From NCBI GenBank assembly GCA_002269645.1, contig NIVC01002413.1, positions 112,940 to 176,939 on the forward strand: a stretch of DNA of 64,000 nucleotides, written 5' to 3'. This stretch comes from Macrostomum lignano. Its lineage: Eukaryota. Positions 34,844-49,137 of this stretch are shown piece by piece. The notes beneath the pieces were generated by a model. That model was given only the letters and a program-made list of their open reading frames with translations, searched no databases and had not been told where the DNA came from. The translations under genes and the position numbers were made by a program. Within the stretch, counting starts at the first letter, position 1; the number at the start of each line of letters is the position of its first letter.

Positions 34844-35664
34844 AAAAGACACGATCTACTAATCAGTAGTGCACAACCGACTGAACGAATACAATAAAAA
34901 TATACCTATTCAGCTTTTAAACTACTAACAGTAGTGTGTTTCAAGTTTCGCCTCTTAAACCTCTCTGATTTTTTTCCTATGGGGAGCTTCGATTTGTGGA
35001 GGATAGATTGATGAGAAAAAAATACTTCCGATTCCTCGAGGTGCAGTCTCCGAACTATACGAGCTAAATACCCCAAACTTCATCGCTAATGACGTGACAC
35101 CCCACAATGCCGCTCGTTATAGACAAATCATTGTCACCAAGGCACTGCTGTGTAGCCACCCCCACTCGGTTCCCCTCTCAATCGCGCTTGTCTAAGAGTA
35201 TTAATGATTGACATCTGTCAGCACTTGAAAATCAACATTGACAACTTCTTGTGAGTCGGCTTTAGCAAGAAATTTGGAATGAGGTGGGGAGGAAAGAGGG
35301 GAGAGGAGAGGGGGTGTTATGCGGGAGCACAGTTTTGAAGTGGGTGCTTCAAAACTGTGCTCCATTGCGACATGTCTCCAACTCTAGCCCTTGACGCGAT
35401 ATGTCCAACATAGTGGAACATTACTATGCATTATTAATATAGTGAAATACAAGCGATTAAGCCACCTTTATAGGAGGGATTTTAACATGCTCTCGAGCAT
35501 GGAGTGACAAATACGCTAAGCTTCTACTCAACTATTCGCTGTTTGAATTGAAATTCTGCTCAAGTTTAATTTGCGTCATTCAAATGGCGATTAGTGCGAT
35601 CTCGGCGGATCAATATTTGAGTAAATAAAATGTATTAAGCTGATTGGGTATAAAATTTATAAGG

Positions 35665-36068
35665 GGGCGCCAATAGGGACGCTAGTAGGGGGCGTCAGTA
35701 AGAGGGCGCTAGTAGGGGGCGCCAGTAAGGGGGCGCTAGAAGGAGGCGCCAGTAATGGGGCGCTAGAAGGAGGCGTCAGTAAGGAGGCGCCAGTAAGGGG
35801 GCGCTAGTGGGGCGCTAGTAAGGGGCGCTAGTAGGGGGTGCTAGTAGGGGGCGCTAGTAGGGGGCGCTAGTAGGGGGCGCTAGTAGGGGGCGCTAGTAGG
35901 GGGCGCTAGTAGGGGGCGCCAGTAAGGGGGCGCTAGTAGGTTACGCTAGTAGGGGGCGCTAGTAGAGGGCGCTAGTAGGGGGCGCTAGTAGGGGGCGCCA
36001 GTAAGGGGGCGCTAGTAGGGGGCGCCAGTAAGGGGGCGCCAGTAAGGGGGCGCTAGTAGGTGGCGCTA
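35665..36068. repeat. 13-14-bp minisatellite (TAGTAGGGGGCGC / AGTAAGGGGGCGCC)
   Basis: Direct reading. Confidence 0.9.
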
Positions 36069-36689
36069 TTAGTTTTTCTTCTTTAAATTTCCTTCTTTAT
36101 CAGAGCTCCAATATTGAAATTCCAATAAAAACAATATTTAATAATTGCAGTGAGCACAACACTGCTGGAACTGTTTTGTTCTCATACTTTCTTAAGTGCT
36201 ATTAGTGCTATAGACATGTATTGATGAGGCTCTCAGTTGAGCCAGGACCGGTCAAGCCTTTGACAACAGCTCAAGAGAAAGCTCCACTTTTGGAGAACAA
36301 AGTTGCCGCTCTTGTGACTGGCAGGTGAGAAGGAAATTAATAAAACTCTGACAGCCGCGGCCTTGAGAAATATTAGCTGTCAATCAAACTCTACTAACAG
36401 TGTTAACTGCAACCAGTTGACAAGCGATCCCACAAGATTCTTTCAAGACTGTGACAGTTTTATAATTAGAAATTCTGTCAAAATTGTCAATTTGTCTTGA
36501 TCGGGTTTGTGATTTATTATACAATACCTGGACCTCAAGCCCTGCACTTAATTCGTGCTGTCAGTTTAAAAAAATTCATAAATTTATCATGTGAGTAAAG
36601 TTGATTGATTGATTGATGCATTGATTGATTGATTGATTGGTTCATCATGTCTATTGCTTATAAATTTGCATCTATTTGATATCTATAGA

Positions 36690-37505
36690 CACAATCTACT
36701 GATCTCTATAGAATCAAGCTACTGATATCTATAGAAACATGCTACTGATATCAATAGACACAATCTACGGTTATCTATAGACACATTCGAATGATATCTA
36801 TAGACACAATCTACTGATATCTATAGAAACATGCTACTGATATCAATAGACACAATCTACGGTTATCAATAGACACATTCTACTGATATCTATAGACACA
36901 ATCTACTGAAATCTATAGACACAATCTACTGATATCTATAGACACAATCTACTGATATCTATAGAAACATGCTACTGATATCAATAGAGACTATCTACGG
37001 TTATCTATAGACACATTCTACTGATATCAATAGACACAATCTACTTATATCTATAGACGCAATCTACTGATATCTATAGACGCAATCTACTGATATCTAT
37101 AGAAACATGCTACTGATATCTATAGACACAATCTACTGATATCAATAGACACAATCTACGGTTATCAATAGACACATTCTACTGATATCTATAGAAACAT
37201 GCTACTGAAATCTATAGACACAATCTACTGATATCTATAGACACAATCTACTGATATCTATAGAAACATGCTACTGATATCAATAGAGACTATCTACGGT
37301 TATCTATAGACACATTCTACTGATATCAATAGACACAATCTACTTATATCTATAGACGCAATCTACTGATATCTATAGACGCAATCTACTGATATCTATA
37401 GACACAATCTACTGATATCTATAGACACAATCTACTGATATCTATAGACACAATCTACTGATATCTATAGACACAATCTACTGATATCTATAGATACAAT
37501 CTACG
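36690..37505. repeat. 23-bp minisatellite (CTACTGATATCTATAGACACAAT)
   Basis: Direct reading. Confidence 0.92.
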
Positions 37506-38169
37506 GCAAACTACGTCTGTTTTGATCTAATCAGTCAGAACCTGTCGCTTAGACTCAAATATGATTGAATGAGTCATATTTTAGTAGCTCAAATATCAGA
37601 TTTTAAAGCGGGAGATTTATACAAAAAAATAGATGAAATAGAATGCTTTTAGGCGCCCGTTGATGCATATGATGCCGGGTGGGTCTGACTTTACAGGGGA
37701 GAATAAGCAGCGCCATTGGCCATTGTCTTTGTCGCGCCCATACTCGAGCTGTCTGTCTGTCAGATTTTTTATCAAGCGAAATTTTTCAACGCTTTTGTTT
37801 CTCCCGGATGCCGTTTCTCACCGTTACGGGCAACTGAATTCTCTTCAAAAGCTTTTTTTCTCTAGATTTTATCCGCCTTTTAAAAAGGATGAATTTACGG
37901 GCCTACTCTTGAGAATTATCCCATTGTTGAGCCTAAGCAGTCCATTGTATTCCCGGGAGGTTGGGGCAGCTGTTTGCAGAAATCCCTTCGGGTCGCTTTC
38001 GATTTGATTTTTTGTTCTGACTCAAAGCAACCAAGGTCTGTTGCTTTTAGCGAGCTGGAAATGAAATAAAAACAACTGCATTTGTGAGAATTCGGGCTGG
38101 GTAGCTAAATTGGCTGATTAACACCTGTCAATGTATCCTGCTCGGCTTGATCTGCCGCCTACCTTCTCT

Positions 38170-40200
38170 GGCTGAAAGCCATCTACCCTTCACTATCCAC
38201 CCTTCTCTATCTACCCTTCTCTATCTACCCTTCTCTATCTACCCTTCTCTATCTACCCTTCTCTATCTACCCTTCTCTATCTACCCTTCTCTATCTACCC
38301 TTCTCTATCTACCCTTCTCTATCTACCCTTCTCTATCTACCCTTCTCTATCTACCCTTCTCTATCTACCCTTCTCTATCTACCCTTCTCTATCTACCCTT
38401 CACTATCTACCCTTCTCTATCTACCCTTCTCTATCTACCCTTCTCTATCTACCCTTCTCTATCTACCCTTCTCTATCTACCCTTCTCTATCTACCCTTCT
38501 CTATCTACCCTTCTCTATCTACCCTTCTCTATCTACCCTTCTCTATCTACCCTTCTCTATCTACCCTTCTCTATCTACCCTTCTCTATCTACCCTTCTCT
38601 ATCTACCCTTCTCTATCTACCCTTCTCTATCTACCCTTCTCTATCTACCCTTCTCTATCTACCCTTCTCTATCGACCCTTCTCTATCTACCCTTCTCTAT
38701 CTACCCTTCTCTATCTACCCTTCTCTATCTACCCTTCTCTATCTACCCTTCTCTATCTACCCTTCTCTATCTACCCTTCTCTATCTACCCTTCTCTATCT
38801 ACCCTTCTCTATCTACCCTTCTCTATCTACCCTTCTCTATCTACCCTTCTCTATCTACCCTTCTCTATCTACCCTTCTCTATCTACCCTTCTCTATCTAC
38901 CCTTCTCTATCTACCCTTCTCTATCTACCCTTCTCTATCTACCCTTCTCTATCTACCCTTCTCTATCTACCCTTCTCTATCTACCCTTCTCTATCTACCC
39001 TTATCTATCTACCCTTGTCTATCTACCCTTCTCTATCTACCCTTCTCTATCTACCCTTCACTATCTACCCTTCACTATCTACCCTTATCTATCTACCCTT
39101 GTCTATCTACCCTTCTCTATCTACCCTTCTCTATCTACCCTTCACTATCTACCCTTCACTATCTACCCTTCTCTTTCTACCTCCTCTATCTACCCTTCTT
39201 TATCTACCCTTCACTATCTACCCTTCTCTATCTACCCTTCTCTATCTACCCTCTCTATCTACTCTTCTCTATCTACCCTTCTCTATCAACCCTTCACTAT
39301 CTACCCTTCTCTATCTACCCTTCTCTATCTACCCTTCTCTATACACCCTTCTCTATCTACCCTTATCTATCTACCCTTGTCTATCTACCCTTCTCTATCT
39401 ACCCTTCTCTATCTACCCTTCACTATCTACCCTTCACTATCTACCCTTCTCTATCTACCTCCTCTATCTACCCTTCTCTATCTACCCTTGTCTATCTACC
39501 CTTCTCTATCTACCCTTCTCTATCTACCCTCTCTATCTACTCTTCTCTATCTACCCTTCTCTATCAACCCTTCACTATCTACCCTTCTCTATCTACCCTT
39601 CTCTATCTACCCTTCTCTATACACCCTTCTCTATCTACCCTTCTGTATCTACCCTTCTCTATCTACCCTTCTTTATCTACCCTTCACTATCTACCCTTCT
39701 CTATCTACTTCTCTATCTACTTCTCTATCTACCCTCTCTATCTACCCTTTCAATCTACCCTCTCTATCTGCCCTCTTATCTACCCTCTTATCTACCCTCT
39801 TATCTACCCTATCTACTCTCTTATCTAACCTATTCATCTACCCTAACTATCTACCCTCGCTATCTACCCTCTTATCTACCCTCTTATCTGCCCTCTTATC
39901 TTACCCTCTCTATCTGCCCTCTTATCTACCCTCTCTCTATCTACTCTCTATCTACTCTCATTATCTACTCTCTTTATCTATTCTCTCAATCTACCCTCCT
40001 TTATCTACCCCCTCTTTATCTACCCTCTTCTATCTTCCCTCTATTTATATACCCTCTCTCTATCTACCCTCTCTATCTACCCTCTCTATCTACCCTCTCT
40101 ATCCACTCTCCCCTTATCTACCCTTTCTTTATCAACCCTCTAAATCTACTAAATGCATATACCTTTTCTCTCTACCAGATCTATCCATTTCTTATCTTTG
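38170..40200. repeat. 14-bp satellite (CTACCCTTCTCTAT), homogeneous on the left and decaying to the right
   Basis: Direct reading; 14-aa periodic shadow ORF. Confidence 0.95.
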
Positions 40201-40684
40201 AATCTCTTTAGCTAAAAATGCCATGGTTAAAGCACAGCAAATGGAGAATCACGTTAACAATGCCTGCTGTTGCGGCTCAGTGCTTTGAATTTTCGGGAGA
40301 AGCAAATACCAAAGCGGATCCAGGAATTCAGGCATACGCTGACAAGTCAAATAATAGGGGGAATATCTCCTGTGCCGTGTGTGCCGAGCGAGTTGGCGGC
40401 ATTATTGAAAGGAAATTAATTCCTACCCAGCGCCTGGGGTTTCCATTTAGCCGCTGTCAGTCAAATGCCGACTTCAAAGGAAATGCTCCGACTGTTCGAG
40501 ACTGGATTTGCATTCGACAAATAACATTGCCCATTGAAACTGTGAAAAGCTATTGAAATCCGAATGGGCGGCTTCGTTTGAAATCTGCCAAGCTCTCTGC
40601 TTCTAGTCAACAATTATTTGCCTCTAATTTCTGCAACCAAAAATAAGCAGCCATGGTTTGTCTCCGATCCAGATCTATCAACCA

Positions 40685-43600
40685 TTCTATCCCTGATTCT
40701 ATCCCTGATTCTGTCCCTGATTCTATCCCTGATTCTATCCCTGATTCTATCCCTGATTCTATCCCTGATTCTATCCCTGATTCTATCCCTGATTCTATCC
40801 CTGATTCTGTGTTGATTCTATCCCTGATTCTATCCCTGATTCTATCCCTGATTCTGTCCTGATTCTATCCCTGATTCTATCCCTGATTCTATCCCTGATT
40901 CTATCCCTGATTCTATCCCTAATTCTATCCCTGATTCTATCCCTGATTCTATCCCTGATTCTATCCCTGATTCTATCCCTGATTCTATCCCTGATTCTAT
41001 CCCTGATTCTATCCCTGATTCTATCCCTGATTCTATCCCTGATTCTATCCCTGATTCTATCCCTGATTCTATCCCTGATTCTATCCCTGATTCTATGCCT
41101 GATTCTATCCCTGATTCTATCCCTGATTCTATGCCTGATTCCATCCCTGATTCTATCCCCGATTCTATCCCTGATTCTATCCCTGATTCTATCCCTGATT
41201 CTATCCCTGATTCTATCCCTGATTCTATCCCTGATTCTATCCTTGATTCTATCCCTGATTCTATCCCTGATTCTATCCCTGATTCTATCCCTGATTCTAT
41301 CCCTGATTCTATCCCTGATTCTATCCCGGATTCTATCCCTGATTCTATCCCTGATTCTATCCCTGATTCTATCCCTGATTCTATCCCTGATTCTATCCCT
41401 GATTCTATCCCTGATTCTATCCCCGATTCTATCCCTGATTCTATCCCTGATTCTATCCTTGATTATATCCCTGATTCTATCCCTGATTCTATCCCTGATT
41501 CTATCCCTGATTCTATCCCTGATTCTATCCCTGATTCTATCCCTGATTCTATCCCTGATTCTATCCCGGATTCTATCCCTGATTCTATCCCGGATTCTAT
41601 CCCTGATTCTATCCCTGATTCTATGCCTAATTCTATCCCTGATTCTATCCCTGATTCTATGCCTAATTCTATCCCTGATTCTATCCCTGATTCTATGCCT
41701 GATTCCATCCCTGATTCTATCCCCGATTCTATCCCTGATTCTATCCCTGATTCTATCCCTGATTCTATCCCTGATTCTATCCCTGATTCTATCCCTGATT
41801 CTATCCTTGATTCTATCCCTGATTCTATCCCTGATTCTATCCCTGATTCTATCCCTGATTCTATCTCTGATTCTCTCCCTGATTCTATCCCTGATTCTAT
41901 CCCTGATTCTCTCCCTGATTCTATCCCTGATTCTATCCCTGATTCTATCCCTGATTCTATCCCTGATTCTATCCCTGATTCTATGCCTGATTCTATCCCT
42001 GATTCTATCCCTGATTCTATCCTTGATTCTATCCCTGATTCATTCCTCGATTCTATTCTCTATTCTATCCTCAATTCTATCCTCGATTTTATCCCTGATT
42101 CTATCCCTGATTCTATCCCTGATTCTATCCCTGATTCTATCCCGGATTCTATCCCTGATTCTATCCCCGATTCTATCCTTGATTCTATCCCTGATTCTAT
42201 CCCTGATTCTATCCCTGATTCTGTCCCTGATCCTATCCCTGATTCTGTCCCTGATTCTATCCCTGATTCTATCCCTGATTCTATCCCTGATTTTCTCCCT
42301 GATTCTATCCCTGATTCTATCCCTGATTCTATCCCTGATTCTATCCCTGATTCTATCCCTGATTCTATCCCTGATTCTATCCCTGATTCTATGCCTGATT
42401 CTATCCCTGATTCTATCCCTGATTCTATCCCTGATTCTATCCCTGATTCTATCCCTGATTCTATCCCTGATTCTATCCCTGATTCTATCCCTGATTCTTT
42501 CCCTGATTCTATCCCTAATTCTATCCCTGATTATATCCCTGATTCTATCCCTGATTCTCTCCCTGATTCTGTCCCTGATTCTATCCCTGATTCTATCCCT
42601 GATTCTATCCCTGATTCTATCCCTGATTCTATCCCTGATTCTATCCCTGATTCTATCCCGGATTCTATCCCGGATTCTATCCCTGATTCTATCCCTGATT
42701 CTATCCCTGATTCTATCCCTGATTCTATCCCTGATTCTATCCCTGATTCTATCCCTGATTCTATCCCTGATTCTATCCCTGATTCTATCCCTGATTCTAT
42801 CCCTGATTCTATCCCTGATTCTATCCCTGATTCTATCCCTGATTCTATCCCTGATTCTATCCCTGATTCTATCCCTGATTCCATCCCTGATTCTATCCCT
42901 GATTCTATCCCTGATTCTATCCCTGATTCTATCCCTGATTCTATCCCTGATTCTATCCCTGATTCTATCCCTGATTCTATCCCTGATTCTATCCTTGATT
43001 CTATCCCTGATTCATTCCTCGATTCTATTCTCTATTCTATCCTCAATTCTATCCTCGATTCTATCCCTGATTCTATCCCTGATTCTATCCCTGATTCCAT
43101 CCCTGATTCTATCCCCGATTCTATCCCTGATTCTATCCTTGATTCTATCCCTGATTCTGTCCCTGATTCTGTCCCTGATTCCATCCTTGATTCTATCCCT
43201 GATTCATTCCTCGATTCTATTCTCTATTCTATCCTCAATTCTATCCTCGATTCTATCCCTGATTCTATCCCGCATTCTATCCCTGATTCTATCCCCGATT
43301 CTATCCTTGATTCTATCCCTGATTCTATCCCTGATTCTATCCCTGATTCTGTCCCTGATCCTATCCCTGATTCTGTCCCTGATTCTATCCTTGATTCTAT
43401 CCCTGATTCTATCCCTGATTCTATCCCTGATTCTATCCCCGATTCTATCCTTGATTCTATCCCTGATTCTATCCCTGATTCTATCCCTGATTCTGTCCCT
43501 GATCCTATCCCTGATTCTGTCCCTGATTCTATCCTTGATCCTATCCCTGATTCATTCCTCGATTCTATTCTCTATTCTATCCCTGATTCATTCCTCGATT

Positions 43601-43703
43601 CTATTCTCTATTCTATCCCTGATTCTATCCCTGATTCTATCCCGGATTCTATCCCTGATTCTATCCCTGATTCTATCCCTGATTCTATCCCGGATTCTAT
43701 CCC
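40685..43703. repeat. 12-bp satellite (CTATCCCTGATT), ~250 copies
   Basis: Direct reading. Confidence 0.96.
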
Positions 43704-44189
43704 AAGAATCTTCCTCTGACCCCCTTAGAAAAGAATCTTCAGTTGACCCCTTTTCTGAGGACAGCTGTTTTGCCCTCTATAAAACAAAGGAGGTCCCTTG
43801 ACCCTCTTTGAACTTATCTTAAAAGTACATTGTTTCCTAAGCATTCGATTCCAGCCCCAAACGCTTGCAACACAGAAGCAGTGAGTGGCTACTGCCAAAA
43901 AGCAGTTATTAATTATGATAGTGTTTGGCACGGCTGATTTCTTAGCTGGCCCTAACAATTTCGATTGCTCTTTGATCTGTGCCGCCATTCCACATTGGCC
44001 GACAGGTTGGGAAAAAAGGGGGAAACAGGATATGGGAAATGTTCATAGGGATGTCTGTGCGGGGTCCGCGCCCAGGAACTGCCGCTTCTCTGGGGACAAT
44101 TATTTATGAATGAGCAGCTTAGGAGGCGGTCATCAATTATCTTAGTATAGGGCCTCCGCCCGCTTCCAAATTCTGTCAGAAGATGAGAT

Positions 44190-45397
<1,208 letters not shown>

Positions 45398-45845
45398 CAA
45401 ACAGACCTGGACAGGTGCGTGTTGACTCGGAAATGTGTTAAAGGCATTGTAAATCCATAATTCCCTTTTCGGCACAGCAAACAACCGCCCCCCCCCCCGG
45501 AATTTATTTGCCCCCTGTGCAGTGTAGCCCCCGCCCACACCGCAGGGACTTCGTCACAGAGCACTGGATCAGTTTTCATTTACAGCCACCGCCTCTGTCC
45601 AGCTCCGATGCTCGCCGTTCCGCAAGCAATCGAAAGCCTGCTGTTGTCATAAAAAAGCATTTTTATGGGGGAGCCCCGGCTGCTGTTATTGCCCCCCCAT
45701 GCGGTGGATTCCCCAATCTCTTCTGCCTGCCTGCGTGAGAATCGGATTGTAAAACAACACGCCAAGCAGTCGAGGACTTCTTGAACTAGAATTTGGACTG
45801 GTCAACTCCCTCTCCTTAAACACGCTTTGTTCAGCGTCATCCTTC

Positions 45846-46160
45846 TTGAGCCTTGGCATCTCAGCAACCCCCTTTATTGAGCCATGGCATCTCAGCAACT
45901 CCCCACATGAGCCATGGCATCTCAGCAACTCCCCATTAAGTCTTGGCATCTCAGCAACTCCCCATTAAGTCTTGGCATCTCAGCAACTCCCCATTAAGTC
46001 TTGGCATCTCAGCAACTCCCCATTAAGTCTTGGCATCTCAGCAACTCCCCATTAAGCCTTGGCATCTCAGCAACTCCCCACATGAGCCATGGCATCTCAG
46101 CAACTCCCCACATGAGCCTTGGCATCTCAGCAACTCCCCTTTATTGAGCCAAGGCATCTC
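45846..46160. repeat. 29-33-bp minisatellite (GGCATCTCAGCAACTCCCCATTAAGTCTT)
   Basis: Direct reading. Confidence 0.9.
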
Positions 46161-46403
46161 AAGGTTTGCACTCCAGATCTTCCTTGGCGCCTGCCTTGCC
46201 TGCGTGCTTTGCCCCTGTAAATGAATGACTTATACATTGTAAATCGAAGACACTGTAAACTCTGTGCACAATGGGGTCTGAATGACACCTGCCCTTCCAT
46301 AAAAAAGTATAATTTGGTAGTGAAGAAAGTTTGCAGAGTGGGGACTTGCGGAAACATGGAATTACTGGGAGAGTAGGGAGATTCATTCAGTGAGATCAGA
46401 TCA

Positions 46404-46880
46404 GTTCTATGATGTGAGATTCGTTCTATGATGTGAGATTCGTTCTGTGATGTGAGATTCGTTCTATGATATGAGATTCGTTCTATAATATAAGATTCGT
46501 TCTATGATATTAAATTCGTTCTATGATATGAGATTCGTTCTATAATATGAGATTCGTTCTATGATATGAGATTCGTTTTATGATATGAGATTCGTGCTAT
46601 AATGTGAGATTCGTTCTATAATGTAAGATTCGTTCTTTGATGTGAGATTCGTTCTATGATATGAGATTCGTTCTATAATATAAGATTCGTTCTATGATAT
46701 TAAATTCGTTCTATGATATGAGATTCGTTCTATAATATGAGATTCGTTCTATGATATGAGATTCGTTTTATGATATGAGATTCGTGCTATAATGTAAGAT
46801 TCGTTCTTTGATATGAGATTCGTTTTATGATATGAGATTCGTGCTATAATGTGAGATTCGTTCTGTGAGATGAGATTCGG
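46404..46880. repeat. 19-bp minisatellite (GATTCGTTCTATGATATGA)
   Basis: Direct reading. Confidence 0.92.
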
Positions 46881-47392
46881 TCGAGAATGGTTCTAAAAGT
46901 GAAGATTCGTTCTGAGGCGTGCTTTTTTATATGGATAGTCCTGTATCTACACGTATAAATCCGTCTATTATTTTTCATCAATCCATCAATCAGGAATCTA
47001 CATAAGACAATTCTAATGAATCAAATTAATCAACCGCCTATAAGCCATATTTGTGACTTCTGACTTTGGCAAGTCAAGCGTGACACAAAAAATGACTGCA
47101 AGAGAAAATAGATCTTAATCTGCATTAAGTATGTCAAAGCTCATCTAGTACATTTATATAATTGCATTGTTAACACGCAACCATGCGATTAGAACTATGG
47201 AATCTTGAGCCCCTATCGCTTGTCAGTCAATGTCAGTCATCATGCATGCAAATGCCGTATATTGTGATTTATTATTACAAAATAATTTGACGCGACTGAG
47301 TGACGAAGGTTGATTAATAGTTATCTGTCATAATCGCACCTTATCGCTTTAAGTTCGTTAATTTTATAGGCGATTTAAAACTTTCAGATGTC

Positions 47393-48150
47393 CCTGTCCT
47401 TCAGGTAGCGCCGCTCTCTCCCACCTCCTGTCCTTCAGGTAGCGCCGCTCTCTCCCACCTCCTGTTCTTCAGGTAGCGCCGCTCTCCCCCACCTCCTGTC
47501 CTTCAGGTAGCGCCGCTCTCTCCTACCTCCTGTCCTTCAGGTAGCGCCGCTCTCTCCCACCTCCTGTCCTTCAGGTAGCGCCGCTCTCTCCCACCTCCTG
47601 TCCTTCAGGTAGCGCCGCTCTCCCCCACCTCCTGTCCTTCAGGTAGCGCCGCTCTCTCCCACCTCCTGTCCTTCAGGTAGCGCCGCTCTCCCCCACCTCC
47701 TGTCCTTCAGGTAGCGCCGCTCTCTCCCACCTCCTGTCCTTCAGGTAGCGCCGCTCTCCCCCACCTCCTGTCCTTCAGGTAGCGCCGCTCTCCCCCACCT
47801 CCTGTCCTTCAGGTAGCGCCGCTCTCTCCCACCTCCTGTCCTTCAGGTAGCGCCGCTCTCTCCCACCTCCTGTCCTTCAGGTAGCGCCGCTCTCTCCCAC
47901 CTCCTGTCCTTCAGGTAGCGCCGCTCTCTCCCACCTCCTGTCCTCCAGGTACCTCTGCTCTCTCGCACCTCCTGTCCTTCAGGTAGCGCTGCTCTCTCCT
48001 ACCTCCTGTCCTTCAGGTAGCGCCGCTCTCTCCCACCTCCTGTCCTTCAGGTATCTCTGCTCTCTCCCACCTCCTGTCCTTCAGGTAGCGCCGCTCTCCC
48101 CCACCTCCTGTCCTTCAGGTAGCGCCGCTCTCTCCCACCTCCTGTCTTTT
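47393..48150 (+). repeat. 34-bp minisatellite (TCCTGTCCTTCAGGTAGCGCCGCTCTCTCCCACC), ~22 copies
   Basis: Direct reading; reverse complement of the array at 61206-62995. Confidence 0.95.
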
Positions 48151-49137
48151 AGATAGCGCTGATATCTCTACATCTCCCTCTTTTTTACTTTCATCTCCTT
48201 GCCCCCCCCTTTCAATGAATGGCAACGCAGCAATGAACAAAGGCGAGCTTGTTTAACACAGGTAAATGTCATTTTGACGCGCAAATAATCTCAATATTTG
48301 GCAGGGACCGCAAATTTTACTTTTTTATAATTGTATACCATTTTTTGCATAGCTGCTATACTATAAAAGAATATATAAATTAAGTTTACTATTACAAGTG
48401 ATGAAAAGCAAAAGAAAAATTACAAGCCCTAATTAGCTATGTACAATTGCATTTTAATGTACGAAGTGGTACATTTTTGTTTTCAATTGTGTATATTATA
48501 GCTATGAATATAGTGATTCTATATAATCTTGGTTTGGCAAACAAACACAACAAAAGCGCACACACAACCGCAGGTTGCACCGCAACTTGACATTTTAGAA
48601 ATATTAGAAAAATTATCAACAAATATTAATAGTTGGCTTTTTAGGGAGCATGGGTGGTGTTAAAGCGTGTTTATAGTAGGCTTCATCAGATTACAATGAA
48701 AGTTTGGTCTGAGCCAGTTAATAAATTATACTATAGATTAGTGAGACTTGTCAAATTAAAACAGTTGAAGGAATAAAATGAGGAATTAACATCCGTTAGT
48801 TATCTCTTAGATTTGGTTATTTTGTTAAAACGTGCTTTTTCGAAGAAAAAAAAGCATCAAAGCATTAAAACAATTTGGCTTTGTTTAATTAAACAAATAG
48901 AATATAACGACAAAATAACACAATATAGTTTCACGGCTATCATTATCACTTGAGTCTTCAGATTCATTTTTTATGCAGTTTTTTTCTAAACATCTCTTCT
49001 TTTATGGGCTCAAAATGCGGGTTGGACAAAGTACAGATAAGAACGCTTACTAAAACTCAAAAGGAATTTTTACTGAGATTCTGATTAGAACATCCCCAAT
49101 ATTTTGAGTTTGAGTCCTGTCTCAAGCGTGGGCATTG

